Below are positions 12,075-25,428 of a stretch of 64,000 bases of DNA, in pieces. The DNA comes from Eremomyces bilateralis CBS 781.70 (Eukaryota): the NCBI GenBank assembly GCA_010015585.1, contig ML975151.1; one strand, given 5' to 3'. The position numbers were made by a program, and so were the translations under genes. Position 1 is the stretch's first letter, and each line of letters opens with the position of its first letter. The notes below the pieces were generated by a model. The model did no database searches and was not told where the DNA came from. It saw nothing but the letters and a program-made list of their open reading frames with translations.

Positions 12075-14373
12075 CTAATCCCCTCCCAACGCTCCCACCC
12101 GCCGTCTCAGCTCCTCCAACTCCCTATCCTTCTCCTCCAGCACCCGTCGCCGCTCGTCCGCCTCTGACTGCAGCAATCGGATGTACGCGATCGCGCTTTC
12201 CACCGTCGCCGCCTTGCTGTTCCCCGCCAACTGCTGCGCGCCGCCTTTCCCGCCCTTCTCCGCGCCCTCGTCTACATCCTTGCCAGCCGTTCCGCCGGCT
12301 CTAGCACCTGCATCCGCAGCGAGGAACTCAGGGGACGCGTTCCCACTAGCGAGGCCGGAGACGCTCCCCCTGCGGGATGCGTTGAGGATGGGGCTTTGCG
12401 GGAGGAGGGACTGCATTTCGACGAGGGCGGAGTTGATGCGGTTGCGGCGGCCCTGCTCGGCGAGCTTGTGGGAGGTGCGCTTGGAGGTGAGGCCGCGGGA
12501 GAGGGTTTCGGGGTAGGGCCCGGCGAGGGCGGTGCCTTCGAGGATGTGGTGGTAGTTGGATTTGGAGGCGAGGAGAATGGCGTGGGCTTCGGGGGTGATG
12601 GGGCCTGGGGAGGTTAGTGGCTGGGAACGACGGAAGGATATTGCTGCGGGAGGGAATGTACGTACCTCCTTCGGGTAATAGTGGTTTGATGCTAGGACTT
12701 ATCTTGGGCCGTAGCGCCGGACTGGCCATAGTTCCGCCACTTACACTGCCCCTCTTTCTACCATTTGCTTTGCCTCCATTTCCAGGAGTTTGGCCGGTCG
12801 TTGAGGCAGCGGAGAGCCTCGGCGTTGCAGACGACGGCGTAGCCAAAGGAGAGGCCGTGAGGAGGGGGCTAGATTTCCCCGGGGTATTCGCGGGGATATG
12901 AAGTTGATCCAATTCCGGACGCTTGGCCGATGAGAGACGTGGCGTGTTGGAGGCAGAGACCGGGCCGTTGGCCGGTCTGGAGGTGGAAATGCTGCCGGAA
13001 CCGGGCTGGGTCCGGCTCGGTTCCGCTGCCGCTTCGGGAAGAATCAGATCATCCAGCACGAAGGGCTCGGGGTTTTGCCGCACGGTTTGTGCTGCGCTAT
13101 TCGGGGAGAGAGTTGGGGACTGGTAATGCGATGTAGGAGGCATAGCCACCTGATGTGACCGCAGGAGACTTGCCGGCGTGGCTGGGGCGAGATGTGACTG
13201 ATTGAGGGGGCGGTGACCCGACTTCGCCATGATGTTCGGACTCGGCGCTGCGGAGGCCGGTTTCGGCGGCGGCCCCATCACTTCGGTCAGCGGCTCGGGC
13301 GAGATGCTGTCGCCATCCGAGCCGCTGCGGCTGCCCGGGAAAGAGAACGACGGGACCGACGCCGGGGAAAGGGGGGCTCGCGGATGCGCGGACTGGCCTA
13401 GCAGCGCCTGGACTTCGCGGGGTGGCAGCGTGGTCGAGGCGCCTTTTCGACGCTGCGGTTTGACGATGGGCGATTGGCGAAGGCGGGGGGTAGGCGCGGC
13501 GGAGCGGGAGGCGGCAGCGGTGGCTTTGGGTGCACGGACAGCGCGTTTGGGTCGCGAAGGGGGGGCGGGGATCGGGTGGGAGGTGGTGTTGTCGAACATG
13601 TCGACGTCTTCTCTGGCGTCCGCTCCGGGCGAACTGGTCGAGGCGGCTTGCGACCTCCTGCCATAGATGCGACTATGATCACCTAGGCCCATCAGTGCGG
13701 GCGACGCAAGGGGACTGAACAGTGGGCCGCCAGAGCTATAGTCGGAGGGCGCATAATTTCGGGAATCGTTGGACGGTACCACCGGCGACAGGAGAGGGGT
13801 GAATTGAGCCTGAGAGGCAGTTAGCATAAGAATGCCGGCTGGACGATGAGGGATACCAACCACGTCGTTTTTGCGCATGAACTGCTGTTCGACTATGGAG
13901 CGCGTGGCCGGATCCAATGAATTGATGTATATCACGGCATCCGCAGCCGTCAACTCCATGCTTGTGGGTGTTGGCGGCGCCATTCTCTGCGGCAGATAAC
14001 CGTGTTCCTGTGTCACTCCAAACTTGTTCCCTAACTGCGGGCCGCCGTTCCCATACTGCGGTTCAATATGAAAGTCCATAAATTCCTGTCCTAGGTGCAA
14101 AGTGCCATTTCCATTCCCCTCCTGCTGACTCGGCCGACGCTCGTTCCCCTCGTTGGTTCCGTCCATCACATTCTCCTCGGTCTGGGACACCAAATTCGAC
14201 AGGCCCTGCGCACCCGGCGACGTCCCGAAGGCCTGGTCGAAATGCAGATTGGCGAAGTCGAACTCGTCGAGCCCGTCGGGCAGGCCAACGAAATCGAAGT
14301 CGGATGGCTCCATGGTCGAGAGGGAGGGGAATTGGTCGGATTCTACCCATGCCGACGCCGGGTCTCCATTCAT
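12075..14373 (-). CDS. PHO4: Phosphate-acquisition bHLH transcription factor (NUC-1/PalcA/Pho4 type)
   Basis: After splicing 12605-12665: LLASKSNYHHILEGT...TSKRTSHKLAEQGRRNRINSALVEMQSLLP (basic region and helix 1) and NSKAATVESAIAYIRLLQ (helix 2). A further intron at 13810-13860. Confidence 0.88.
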
Positions 14374-16276
14374 CCTTTGCGATGGAAGGGACGGATGATG
14401 TTCGATGAGGATGGAGAGGAGAGGTCGTCGGGGATTAGGTTGAGTGAATAGCGATCGGGGCGCAGTAGAGGATGTTGGGGTAACGGATGGCTTTATTGCC
14501 TTATTGGTTACCAGGCTAATTCTTACCTTAAATCCCGTCCTATAATGGTCGGATGTTGAGATGTGGGATTTATCTCATCCCTGGCGAATGGTGGGGGTGT
14601 GCAGTCACTACGGAATACAGTGGGATGTGTCCTGCACGAAGAAGCATTTGCCGGCTCCACAACAATGGATGGTGAATTCACTAGCGATTTAGGATGCGAA
14701 AATTGTCGATTTAATGGCTTCCTAACGATTGGGCTGCCATAATTATGATTAGAGGCATTTGGATGATGACTTGATGAGTGCACCGGATAAATTTTGTGTC
14801 ATGACCGGAGTAGCGTCCCGATGTGGTGAGGCGGTGATGTCGTGATGGTGATGATGAAGTGTGGGGGTTTTGCCGGTTTGAGGACAGGAACCCATATTCT
14901 TCGACATCGCTATTCCCTTCAATTTGAAACAATTAAACTCTCTGAATCTTCTATTCGCCCATTGGCACTTCAATCGATGCTCTAGTCATGACTAGACTGT
15001 GAAACCGAGGTTTGGGGAGGCCATTTTGGGGAGAGACTAAAAAGGGTGAAGGTCGTAGTTCAACCTCATCTTCGTTGTAGGCTATTAATGGTGGCGATGT
15101 GCCGCTCCACTCAGCTTTTGGCTGCCGCCATCGGCACAAGAACATAATAGCCGTGAATATGTTAGCGACCGGGGTTCGATATCCAGATAAACCGGCCATA
15201 GGATCGGGGAATCGGGATATCGTAGGACGGTAGTTATAGAGTTCACGGCTCATTTACATTTCAGTAAAGTAATAAGAGGAGCACTGAAGCAACTACTTAG
15301 CTAATCATTGATCCTGAGCGAAGTACCTGCGCAAGTAGGCCCTCAGGCGTATATTTACGAACATCTTTGTCATAATTAGCTGTTCGCGGGTTGAAGTCGA
15401 TTGGGGTGCAGCAAATGACCTGACACCCAGCCACTCACGCGAGGCGGTCGGGACTGCCAATCTGCCCATGGCTGCGGATGCTTGCTGGGAGCTTCTACAT
15501 GTCTCTGATCTTTAGGTTTGTTGGATTGATTGTTGGAGACTGGTTCCCAACCACCGGAACCCTAGTGAGTGCGGCTCGTCTCCACGCCAGTGGACAGACA
15601 CCAGGCCTGATGTCCTCGGCGGGTTTAGGGTGGGGTTTCTGGAGCAGCTCATGTATCTGCGGTGCTGAAGAAACTGAACCAGTCGGCGTTCGTGGCTCCG
15701 CTTGGGTTAAATCGCTGAGACATTCGGTACGGGATGGGAGAGAGCGATGGGCTTGTCCGGGAGCCTTATAGCAAGAGAGCTCGACCATGCTCTGGGCATG
15801 TAGATACAGTGCACAATGTCATCACCTTACACTTCTCCCCTCACCAGCATATACAGCAAACCAGCATATACAGCAAACCAAAGGGCCAACGGAATAGGAA
15901 ATTGGCATTGACAATAACGCTAGATAGACCATTAAACTCCAATCGGCGCGGAACTTTAAGTCCGCAATAGAACCCTATATCATACATCTCGCATCGAGGA
16001 TTCGGGGCCCCCAGAAGCGTGGCTCCCTGCTCGGGACGTATCCGACGTTCGCCTCCGTTACCAAGAACCCCTCTCAATCCTCTCAACCAAGACACCTTCT
16101 CAATACCATGTTCCGGTGAACATGGCCCAACCCGGGTATATTTTGGGGGGCGACAGGGAGGGAGCAAGGACGGGGCGCGGAAAGAAACGGCGGTGGGTTG
16201 GGTACGGGTAGTGAGGGCGATTGCAACCGCCATGACTATGAGCGCATGGCAGCTCGAGAGCTCATCAGTCCGTGTT

Positions 16277-16738
16277 TTACATGACGCTACAGCAACCGTT
16301 GGTCTGTTGCGGTGCGTATGGGTCTTCGCCTTTGCTGACCTGCAGATGTTCGTTAGTCAATCGTTCTGGATCTCGTCCAAGCGCGTCGCATCGAGACGTC
16401 GCGATGGAGACTTACCGTTCCCCATCGGCTGGGTACCATGAAGTCCTTCGGTTCTTTCTCCGTGAAGTTGATCAAGCTAACGACATTGGTCAGCCTTGTT
16501 GTTCCGCTTCCATCGATGCGCTGCGGCACCACGTATGAAGTCGACGGGATGTCGAGCTTATGAGCCAGGGAAGGGATATCACGTACTCTTGCGCCGCTTC
16601 CGACACGGGTATCCGTCTCCGCTCCAAGTCCTCCTTCAGTCGGGAGTTCAACTCTGTCAATCGTCGCAGTTTGAGCTCGGCCATGCTTTGCTTCTTGCTC
16701 TTGCCATCCGCTGCGCGCAATTCGTAAGGTGTGGACAT
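16277..16738 (-). CDS. STE18: Heterotrimeric G-protein gamma subunit, 3 exons
   Basis: MSTPYELR...KKQSMAELKLRRLTELNSRLKEDLERRRIPVSEAA / LINFTEKEPKDFMVPSRWG / VSKGEDPYAPQQTNGCCSVM* with a CCAAX prenylation/palmitoylation box. Confidence 0.93.
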
Positions 16739-17668
16739 CATCTTGAGGAGGGGGCGTCCGGAAGGATCGAATATATGACGGCTGAGTGGTGTGAGAAAAG
16801 GTGGGGCCGGTTTTGAGGACGGGCAGGAATGTGGTTCAGGAGCGTTGATGGCTACCAAGGTCGAAGGGCGTGAATGAAGCTCGGAATAGAAGTAAGGGTT
16901 TCAGTGGCGCAAGGATTCAACCTGGATGATTCGACAATAGTCAGCGTCGAGGAATAGTTGCGATGTAAATATTGCTCATCGCTTCCATGGTGCATGATGG
17001 CACGAGGGTTGGTGTCACGGCAACTCACTCTTCAGAGTCAACGTGAGGGGGTCAACGCACTTTCACGACGTCGGAACCACGGTCTCCTACAGTTCAGGTA
17101 TCTGGCATTCGAATCAACGCATTCAATGATGGGCGCGTGCAAATGGGGGTGAGATTCAGGTGGTGGATCCTGTCGCGACAAAATGAGTGATGTGTTGTCG
17201 AAGGGGGAATTCCAATGGGGTGGCCTGTGGGACAAGAGTCAAGAGGTGAAGGGAGGGAGAGATGGAGGACGAGCGGCGGGAGAGCGGCTTGTCCCAGGTG
17301 TCCGGGGTTCTCCCAATGCGGCACGGCGCAGAATCCGAAAGGGCAGAACAGCCAGTGAGACGCGGGAGGGCCTTCACCGACAATGGAGATTTTGATGGCC
17401 CCGTCAATTTGATTTCAGGTATAAAAGCAAGGTACAGAACGCTGATGGAGGAGTTTTCCAGGATGATACTGCGTTGTTTAACTTCGTGCTTATTACTGTT
17501 ACATGGAGCAAGGGAAACAGCGACTGCGACATGCGACTGCCGCAGCGGGATGATTCTAATTTCCTATGGATGAAATGAATGCCGACGCTGGAGATTGGAG
17601 ATTGGGGATTAGAGATTGGTTGCTCGGTTGCCCATGCGAACCGATGGCTGGGCTGTCTGCGCCAGCGT

Positions 17669-17729
17669 CACGTGGCTCGCGAGGCTTCAAGGCTGCAAGG
17701 CTACAGATTAACATCTTTCACGTGACTCA
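17669..17729. promoter_or_regulatory. Two CACGTG E-boxes, the second overlapping a TGACTCA (AP-1/Gcn4-CpcA) site, in the divergent G-gamma/eIF3a promoter
   Basis: gtCACGTGgc at 17669-17674 and tCACGTGACTCA at 17718-17729; followed by a CT-rich tract at ~17860-17955 upstream of eIF3a. Confidence 0.35.
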
Positions 17730-18045
17730 CTGTCAGGCACTAAGGCATCTCGCTAAAATTCCTCCAAAAAGTGAAAAGGGTGAAGGAACGTGAAATGCAA
17801 AGTCTTGGCACCCGATCACTTCGCCAAGTTGCAAGGCGCACCCAAACCAAGTGAAATCACTCTCACTTTGACCTCTCACCTCTCACCTCACCCTCCCCTT
17901 CACCTTCTCCCATCTCTCTCTTCCCTCTTCCTCTCTTCCTTTCTTCATCTCTCAATCATACTTGCTCTCCGAGGCAATCTCTCAACTTGAGCATCGCACG
18001 AGAAACTTCGATTTTGAATGATCTCATCTGCTCCAGTTGCCCATC

Positions 18046-21000
18046 ATGCCTCCTCCGTCCCATAGTCGGCCGGAAAATGTGCTCAAGGTATGTGATCATC
18101 ATATCGTCCACAAATCCGCGTCGGACCTATTCCGATACTGATAATTCTCGCAGAGAGCGCAAGAACTCATCGGCGTCGGCCAGTCCCAGGCCGCGCTGTC
18201 CATTCTTCACGAACATGTCACCTCCAAACGCACGCGCAGCCAGCCCATCGCCTCGCTCGAGCCCGTCATGATTCTCTTCGTCGAGTTATGCGTGGAACTC
18301 CGACGCGGCAAACTCGCGAAGGATGGTCTGTACCAGTACAAGAACACCGCGCAGAACACGAACGTTGGCACCATCGAAGTAAGTCCCAGAAACTCACTCA
18401 ACCCACGCCGGTCGATGCGCACATGCTGATGGCCACAGTTGGTGTTCAAAAAATTCATCGAGCTCGCCGAACACAAGGTCGCCGAAGCCCAGAAGAAAGC
18501 GGATGAAGTGCAATCCTCTCTGGAGTCCAGCGAGACCGCCGTTGAGGATCTCGAAGCCATCGAGACTCCCGAATCCATACTCCTGTCCACCGTGTCGGGC
18601 GAACAGTCTCGCGACCGCACCGATCGAGCCATTGTCACCCCGTGGTTGAAGTTCCTCTGGGAAACCTACCGAACCGTCCTGGACATCTTCAAGAACAATG
18701 CCAGGCTCGAAATCATGTATCAGGGCACGGCGCATCAGGCGTTCGCGTTCTGCTCCAAGTATGGACGAAAGACCGAGTTCCGCCGACTGTGCGAGCTGCT
18801 CCGCAACCATCTGCAAAACGCGGCCAAGTTCTCGTCGCAGATGAACGCCATCAATCTCAGCGACCCGGACACCCTCCAACGTCATTTGGATACCCGTTTC
18901 CAACAGCTCAACGTGGCCGTCGAGCTCGAGCTGTGGCAAGAAGCATTCCGCAGCGTCGAAGACATCCACAACCTCATGAACCTGAGCAAGCGACCCCCGA
19001 AGAACGTCATGATGGCGAACTATTTCGAGAAGCTCACCCGCATCTTCCTCGTCAGCGAGAACTACCTGTTCCACGCCGCTGCTTGGAGCCGCTACTTCAG
19101 CCTCATGCGTCAGTCGCAGGTGATGGTTGCATCCGGCCAAGGCCTCAAGAAAGACAACCCTGCAATTTCGGACGCCGATATGGTCCGCGGTGCTTCTTTC
19201 GTGCTGCTCTCCGCACTGGCAATTCCTGTCATCAGCACTTCTCGTTCTCGCGGGGCCCTCGTTGATGTTGATGAGGCCAAGAAGAACAAGAACACCCGTC
19301 TCACCAGCCTTCTGGGCATGTCCACCGCACCCACTCGCGCCGGACTTTTCAAGGATGCTCTCGCCAAGGGTCTTCTGAAGCGTTGTCGTCCTGAAATCCG
19401 GGAGCTGTACCGCATTCTCGAGGTCGATTTCCATCCCTTGTCGATCTGCAAGAAGATTTCCCCCATCCTAGCGCAGATTGGCAACGATCCTGAAATGGAG
19501 AAGTACGTTCTGCCGCTCCGACAAGTCATCCTCACGAGGCTCTTCCAACAACTTTCCCAAGTCTACGAGTCCGTTGAGCTCAGCTTCGTCCTCAATCTTG
19601 CCCAGTTCCCCGAGCCCTTCCAGGTCACCCGCCCCCAGGTCGAAAAATTCATCATGAACGGCTGCAAGAAGGGCGACTTGGCCATCCGCGTGGACCACGC
19701 CACTGGCGTTCTTACCTTCGATTCGGACGTCTTCTCTTCCGCCAAAGCCCTCCACCCCGGCGCTGCTGCTGGCTCTGCTGAGTCCGAGACGAGCTCGGTT
19801 CAGCGATTGCAGAGCACCCCGGCAGAGATTGTTCGCTCTCAGATCCGCCGTCTCGCCAAGTCCCTGTACGTCACGTGCCAATATGTCGACCCCAGCTTCA
19901 ACGAAGCGCGACTCCGAGCGAAGGAAGCAGCGCACTCGCGTACCAAGGCTGGAGCGGAACAAGAGCATCGCGAGACACTGGCTCGCCGCGACGTCATCGA
20001 ACGCAAGAAGCAAGCTGCATCCACGGCTTTGGCCTTGAAGGAGCAGGATCTTGCCGCCCAGAAACGCCGACGAGCTCAAGAACTGATGGCGGCTGAGCGA
20101 GAGCGACTCCAAAAGGAACTGGCGGATCGCAACGCGAAACGCCTGCAAGCTGAAAAGCAGAAGGTTCAGGAAGAAGAGGCCCAGCGTGCTTTGGAGGAAC
20201 TCACCAAACTTGGCGGCAAGGGCATCGATTTGACTGGTGTGGATCTGAAGGACCTCAGCTCGGCCGAGATCCGCCAGATCAAGCTCCGTGCGTTGGAGAA
20301 GGAGAAGAACGAGCTGAGCGAGAAACTTCGCGTCACTGGCAAGCGGATCGACCATTTGGAGCGTGCCTTCCGCAAGGAAGAGGTCAAGCATCTGCCCGAA
20401 GATTACGAGCAGCAACTTAAACGCGACCTGGCCGCATACGAGAAGGCCAAGGTGGAGACTCTCCGTGACTCGGAGGAGAAGCACAAGGAGGACGTCGCTC
20501 TGAAGCACCGCTTGAGCCGTCTTCTCCCCACCTACGAGACCTTCCGCGACGACATCCGCCAGCAACGACGCGCCGAGTTCGAGAGGCGCCGCAGGGAAGC
20601 GGAGAGGGAGCTGCAGAGGAAGATCGATGCACGCAAGAAGGAGCACAAGGATCGCAAGATCCGCGAGAAGCGCGAGCAGGAGGAGAGGGAGAGGATGGAG
20701 CGCGAAGAAGAGGAGAGGCAACAGCAGGAGGAAGAAGAACGCGCACGTGCCGAGGAAGAGCGTCGTGCCCAGCTGCTGGAGGAGAAGGCCGAGCGTGACG
20801 AGCAGAGGAAGTATGTTCCACACCTCTCTTTCAATTGGACCGTGTCATTAACGCGAATCAGGAAACTCGACGAGGTCGCTGCCCGACAACGCCAGCGTGA
20901 AGAGGAAGCCGAAGCCCGCCGTGCCGCCCAACGTGCCGGTCCCCGTGGTGCCGCCCCACCCGTTCGTGCCCCCGAGGTTGCCCCTCTCGCGGGCGCCGGC

Positions 21001-21522
21001 GGGCCACCCCGTCTCAACATCGCCCGCAAAGAAGGCCAACTCACCTGGCGAGAGAAGGAAGCTCTCCGAGCTGCCGGTGGTGCCGAAGCCGCCACTCCCG
21101 CCGAGACCGAAACCGCAGCGCCTGCGACCGAGACATCAACCGAAGAACACCTCGCGCCACGTCCCGGGAAATTCATGCCGCCTGCCCTTCGCGAAGGCGG
21201 TGCCCCCAGCGGCGGATGGCGAAGCCGCGAGGCCTCGCATCGCGGGGAGGGAAGCGGACGAGAGGAGAGCCCTGCCGCGGTGCCGCGCGGACGATTCCAG
21301 CCGCCTGGCGGACGAGAGGGCGCGACCGGACGCTGGCAACCGGCGGGTCGAAGGCCGGATATTGGGGAGAGGAGCGCCAGCGGACGTGGCGAGGGAATGG
21401 AGCGCAGCGGAAGCGGACGTGGGTTCAGTCGTGATCGGGGAGAGAGCCCACTTCCGCCTCCGAGCGGGGCGCCGGCGGAGGGGCGGTATCGACCGGGTGC
21501 GTTTAGGCAGCAGAGGGGCTAG
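18046..21522 (+). CDS. TIF32: Translation initiation factor eIF3 subunit A
   Basis: [20 protein letters not shown]..., [41 protein letters not shown] region and charged C-terminus. Introns 18088-18153, 18379-18438 and probably 20811-20861. Confidence 0.97.
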
Positions 21523-22294
21523 GAGATGCAGAGGACGCGGTGCAGTTTCCCTACAGGCTCTCCGTAGGTGTTGATTATTTGGAGGCCAAGATGAAGAGGA
21601 AGGCCTTGCAGTTTCTACCCAGAGACGGATTATTCGTTGGTCTTGACGGCGGACGAGCCATGGCTCCCGTTTCCGCACGATATCAGGACCCGATGTTGCG
21701 GTGTTCCCCAAGACGCCGCTTTTATTAGGACAGGCGGATGTGCAGCTGCGCACTTTCATTTCGCTTCGTCGACTGTCTGTGCATAAAAAATTGAATTCTC
21801 TCTAGTATCCAGATTCTAATTTGTCCGATTGTCGATTTTCAATGCTTGATATGTGATGCTCGATTGTAGGAGGGTGAAAAGCACTGGGGAGATGGTGGTT
21901 CCAGGCACCAACTGCGTCTTCGACCATTGCGGCTTCAATCTCACCGGATCTCACCCACCCATTTTCCACCTCCGCCATATCCACTCAAGTCACAAGGTCA
22001 GCACAGCATGATCCTCCGTTTCGAAGCTTGACGCATTTTCCCGTCCGATTTCCACCCGTTCCATTCGTTCCCTCCGCCGTCTTTGTGTGTTCCATTTTGC
22101 TTTTGTTGGGGCCCTCGCCCATCTCGTGTTCGGCTCTCACCACCGAGAAATCGTCAGAGCTCCAGGTTCCTTGCACGGTTACCATCGATATCCTGACAGT
22201 GAAAATTATTGTTGCTGCTGCTGTTTTTCGGAGCGGATCTCATGCCTGCGATCCGAGGGTTAATTTGATTGCCGGGTAGTATACGAGAGATACA

Positions 22295-24654
22295 ATGTCG
22301 CCGCCGAAATCTGGGAAGAGGGTCTTGGTGAGTTAGCCGTGCTTACCGCATTTCCAAGCAGGAATTGGGATGGATATCAATAGTGCTTCATGAAGAGCAC
22401 ACTGCTGACATTTGTGTTCTATAGCCATCGTCGTCAACTGATGAGTTCTCCGAGGCTCCACAGCCGCTCAGGCGGTCCAAGCGAGGGAAGCATGACGGAA
22501 ACGAACCCGATGACACCAGCGCAATCCACACTCCCTATAAGAACGCAGCCCTCCCCTCGCCAGTGACCAACAAACGGTCGACATCCACCGACGATGCCGC
22601 CAGACACGACGGCACGGCTACCCCACCCAGCCAGCTGCTCACGAACAACGGCCTCGCCAGCCCCGAGCGCACGAAGCCCTCCGCCCACCACAGCGGCGCC
22701 TCCGTCGGCGCCGTTTCCTCCCCCCCGCAGGACACGCAGCCGTTCTCGCAGTTCATCTACCCGCCGAACGACCTGACCTATGAGGTGGCGGACGAGGAGT
22801 CCGAGGGGGTATGGGGGTATCTGGTGCCGGTGGACCGCACGTTCGGGGAGCCGTTGGTGCTGAGGCGGCGGGGGGCGTGTCCAATTGGGGGAACGCCGCT
22901 GGGTCACACGGATGGGAGGCAGAGGGTGGAGAGGGGGGCGTATCTGACGGAGGAGAAGGAGTTTGATAAGAAGAAGGTGGAAGGGGTGGCGAGTCGAGGG
23001 TATTTGATCGGGAGACACCCGGAATGCGGTGAGTAGACTACCTATGAAACGTGTCGGTGGGAGACAAGACTGACGCATTGAACCCCACAGATCGGATCAT
23101 CGAAGGGCCCACGGTGTCGAACCGCCATTGCCTCATATTCAGCGAGAACAAAGGCGGCGGCGCAACCGCCGTGATCGAAGACCTGTCGACCAACGGTACG
23201 TACGTCAACGACACGCTGGTCGGCCGCAACAAACGCCGCGAGCTCAGCACCGGCGACGAGATCTCCATCGTCGAGGAGGCCCGCGCCATCTTCCGCTATC
23301 CCCGCAACCGTGAAACGAACCGCTTCCGCCAGCAGTATGCGATGCAGGAGCAATTGGGAAAGGGGCATTTTGCGACGGTATATTTGTGCGTGGAGCGGTC
23401 GTCAGGGATGCGATATGCGGTGAAGAAGTTCGAGAAGCGAAGGGGGCAGGGCGAGCGGAGTAAGGTCGAGGGGCTGCAGCAGGAGATTGCGGTGTTGATG
23501 GGCGTCAGTCATCCGGGTCTGCTGTGCTTGAAAGATACTTTCGATGAGGAGGACGGGGTTTATATCGTGTTGGAGCTCGCGCCAGAGGGGGAGCTGTTCA
23601 ACTGGATCGTGATGAAGCAGAAGCTCACGGAGACCGAGGCGAGGAAGGTGTTCGTGCAGCTATTCCAGGGCCTCAAGTATTTGGTGAGTAAGGTAGCTTT
23701 TCAGTACGTTGCTAGAGTCTGACCCTGTGCTAGCACGACCGGAATATCGTCCATCGAGATATCAAGCCGGAGAACATCCTTCTCACTGATAAGAACCTGA
23801 CCATCAAGGTCGCCGATTTCGGCTTGGCCAAGATCATTGGCGAGGAGTCCTTCACCACCACTCTCTGTGGAACTCCATCCTACGTCGCGCCCGAGATTCT
23901 CTCTCCAACCCCTCAACGACGCTATACGCGGGCGGTGGACATCTGGTCCGCCGGCGTCGTCCTCTACATTTGTCTCTGCGGTTTCCCCCCATTCAGCGAT
24001 GAACTCTACAACCCGCAAAACCCCTACACCCTCGCGCAACAAATCCAGAAGGGCCGATTCGACTACCCCAGCCCCTACTGGGACACCGTCGGCGACGCGG
24101 CCCTCGACCTCATCGACCGCATGCTCACCGTCGACGTCTCCCGCCGCATCGACATCGACGGCTGCCTCGAACACCCCTGGACCACTGCCCAGCCCTTCGA
24201 GACCTGGGACTCCCAGGGCGCCTCGCAGGCCTCCCTCTCCTACTCCGGTAACAGCCAAGGCTTCCCCAAAAGCGCCGAATCTTTCGCCTCTCTCGGCTCC
24301 CTGACCTCCCGCGTCGGCCACCTCGGCTTCGAAAACCGCCGCCAGGTCGGCCGCGAACGCACGCTCCTCGCCGCCCTTAACGACGTCACGGTCAGCCATG
24401 TGATCGACGATCAGGCCGACGGGCGGAAGACGCCGATCAAGGTGTTTCAGAAGAACGCGGGGGGTTCAGGGGGGAAGGCAGGCGCGTTGCAGCAGAAGAA
24501 GCAGAGGGAGGCGAAGCCGGGCGCGGGGAGGGACCCGGCGGAATTCATGGGGTTGGGTGGCGCGGTGGATCAGACGTTGTATGAGGATGAGGAGGGGAGT
24601 CGGTACCCGGATTCACCGGCGACTATTGGCGCGATGAGGGGGGAGGGTCAGTGA
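22295..24654 (+). CDS. CHK2: Checkpoint kinase Chk2/Cds1/Dun1-type (FHA + CAMK kinase), 4 exons
   Basis: FHA motifs YLIGRHPEC/D, VSNRHC, DLSTNGTYVN; kinase motifs GKGHFATV, HRDIKPEN, DFG, CGTPSYVAPE. Introns 22328-22424, 23029-23090, 23684-23733. Confidence 0.9.
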
Positions 24655-25428
24655 GCGACTGGACAAAGTGTGGGATTCATCCGCGATTGCATCTTTGCGT
24701 GCAGCGGTTTTCATATCAGTGGGAACATCCTGGCCCGATATTGTGTATCTCGGTATACACACGGTCGTTTGGGAGTTTATACATTGTTGTCCCTGGGCGA
24801 TTTCCAGGACACCTCAAAATCGGAGTAGTGGTTATATGGCGCTGGATCAGAATTTGCAAGCCGAATGGCTTTTGTGAGACTGGTCATCTCGTTCGGCGAT
24901 GACTTTGACTCTCTACCACTGGCGAGGAGCTCAATCAATTCTCTAGATAGTAGTCTACTAGCTTCTCTAGCATGAGCATCGGAAAAATACCCCGTCATCG
25001 GAATGAGTAATGTTCGAAGCTTCTTTCGGACTTTCGATTTGTCACATCACACACTGAAATGACCAGAGTCTACAAGTTAACAGTACTACTTCAAGACTGA
25101 GGAACGTGGACATGTATGAGTTTGGGATGAACGGTCTGTCGACCAGCGTTCCTGCAACATAAGCCAATCGGAATAGTTCTAGTTATTAATGTAAAGAAGT
25201 AACTACTACTTTCCTAGGATTCTTGCAGCTCACCACTCCTATTTTAGCTGGATAGCATACAGGCACCATACCTGGATTGAGGAATTGCGTGCTTCGTTCG
25301 AGGTGCTCATCGCTGAGTCAGCATCGTGAACCTCCAGTATCGGGTACTTCGTCTTGACTTCGTACTACTTCGGTTTCTATGCCACTGGCAGGCAACTGAA
25401 ATCTATCAGTGACTACACAAGATACGCC

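Noticed and set aside
15160..15200. GGTTCGA T-loop-like motif (also near 43401 and 59824)
   Set aside because: No cloverleaf or A-box could be built; not called as tRNA.
18394..20823. 346-aa and 451-aa minus-strand ORFs
   Set aside because: Antisense to eIF3a; explained by codon bias.
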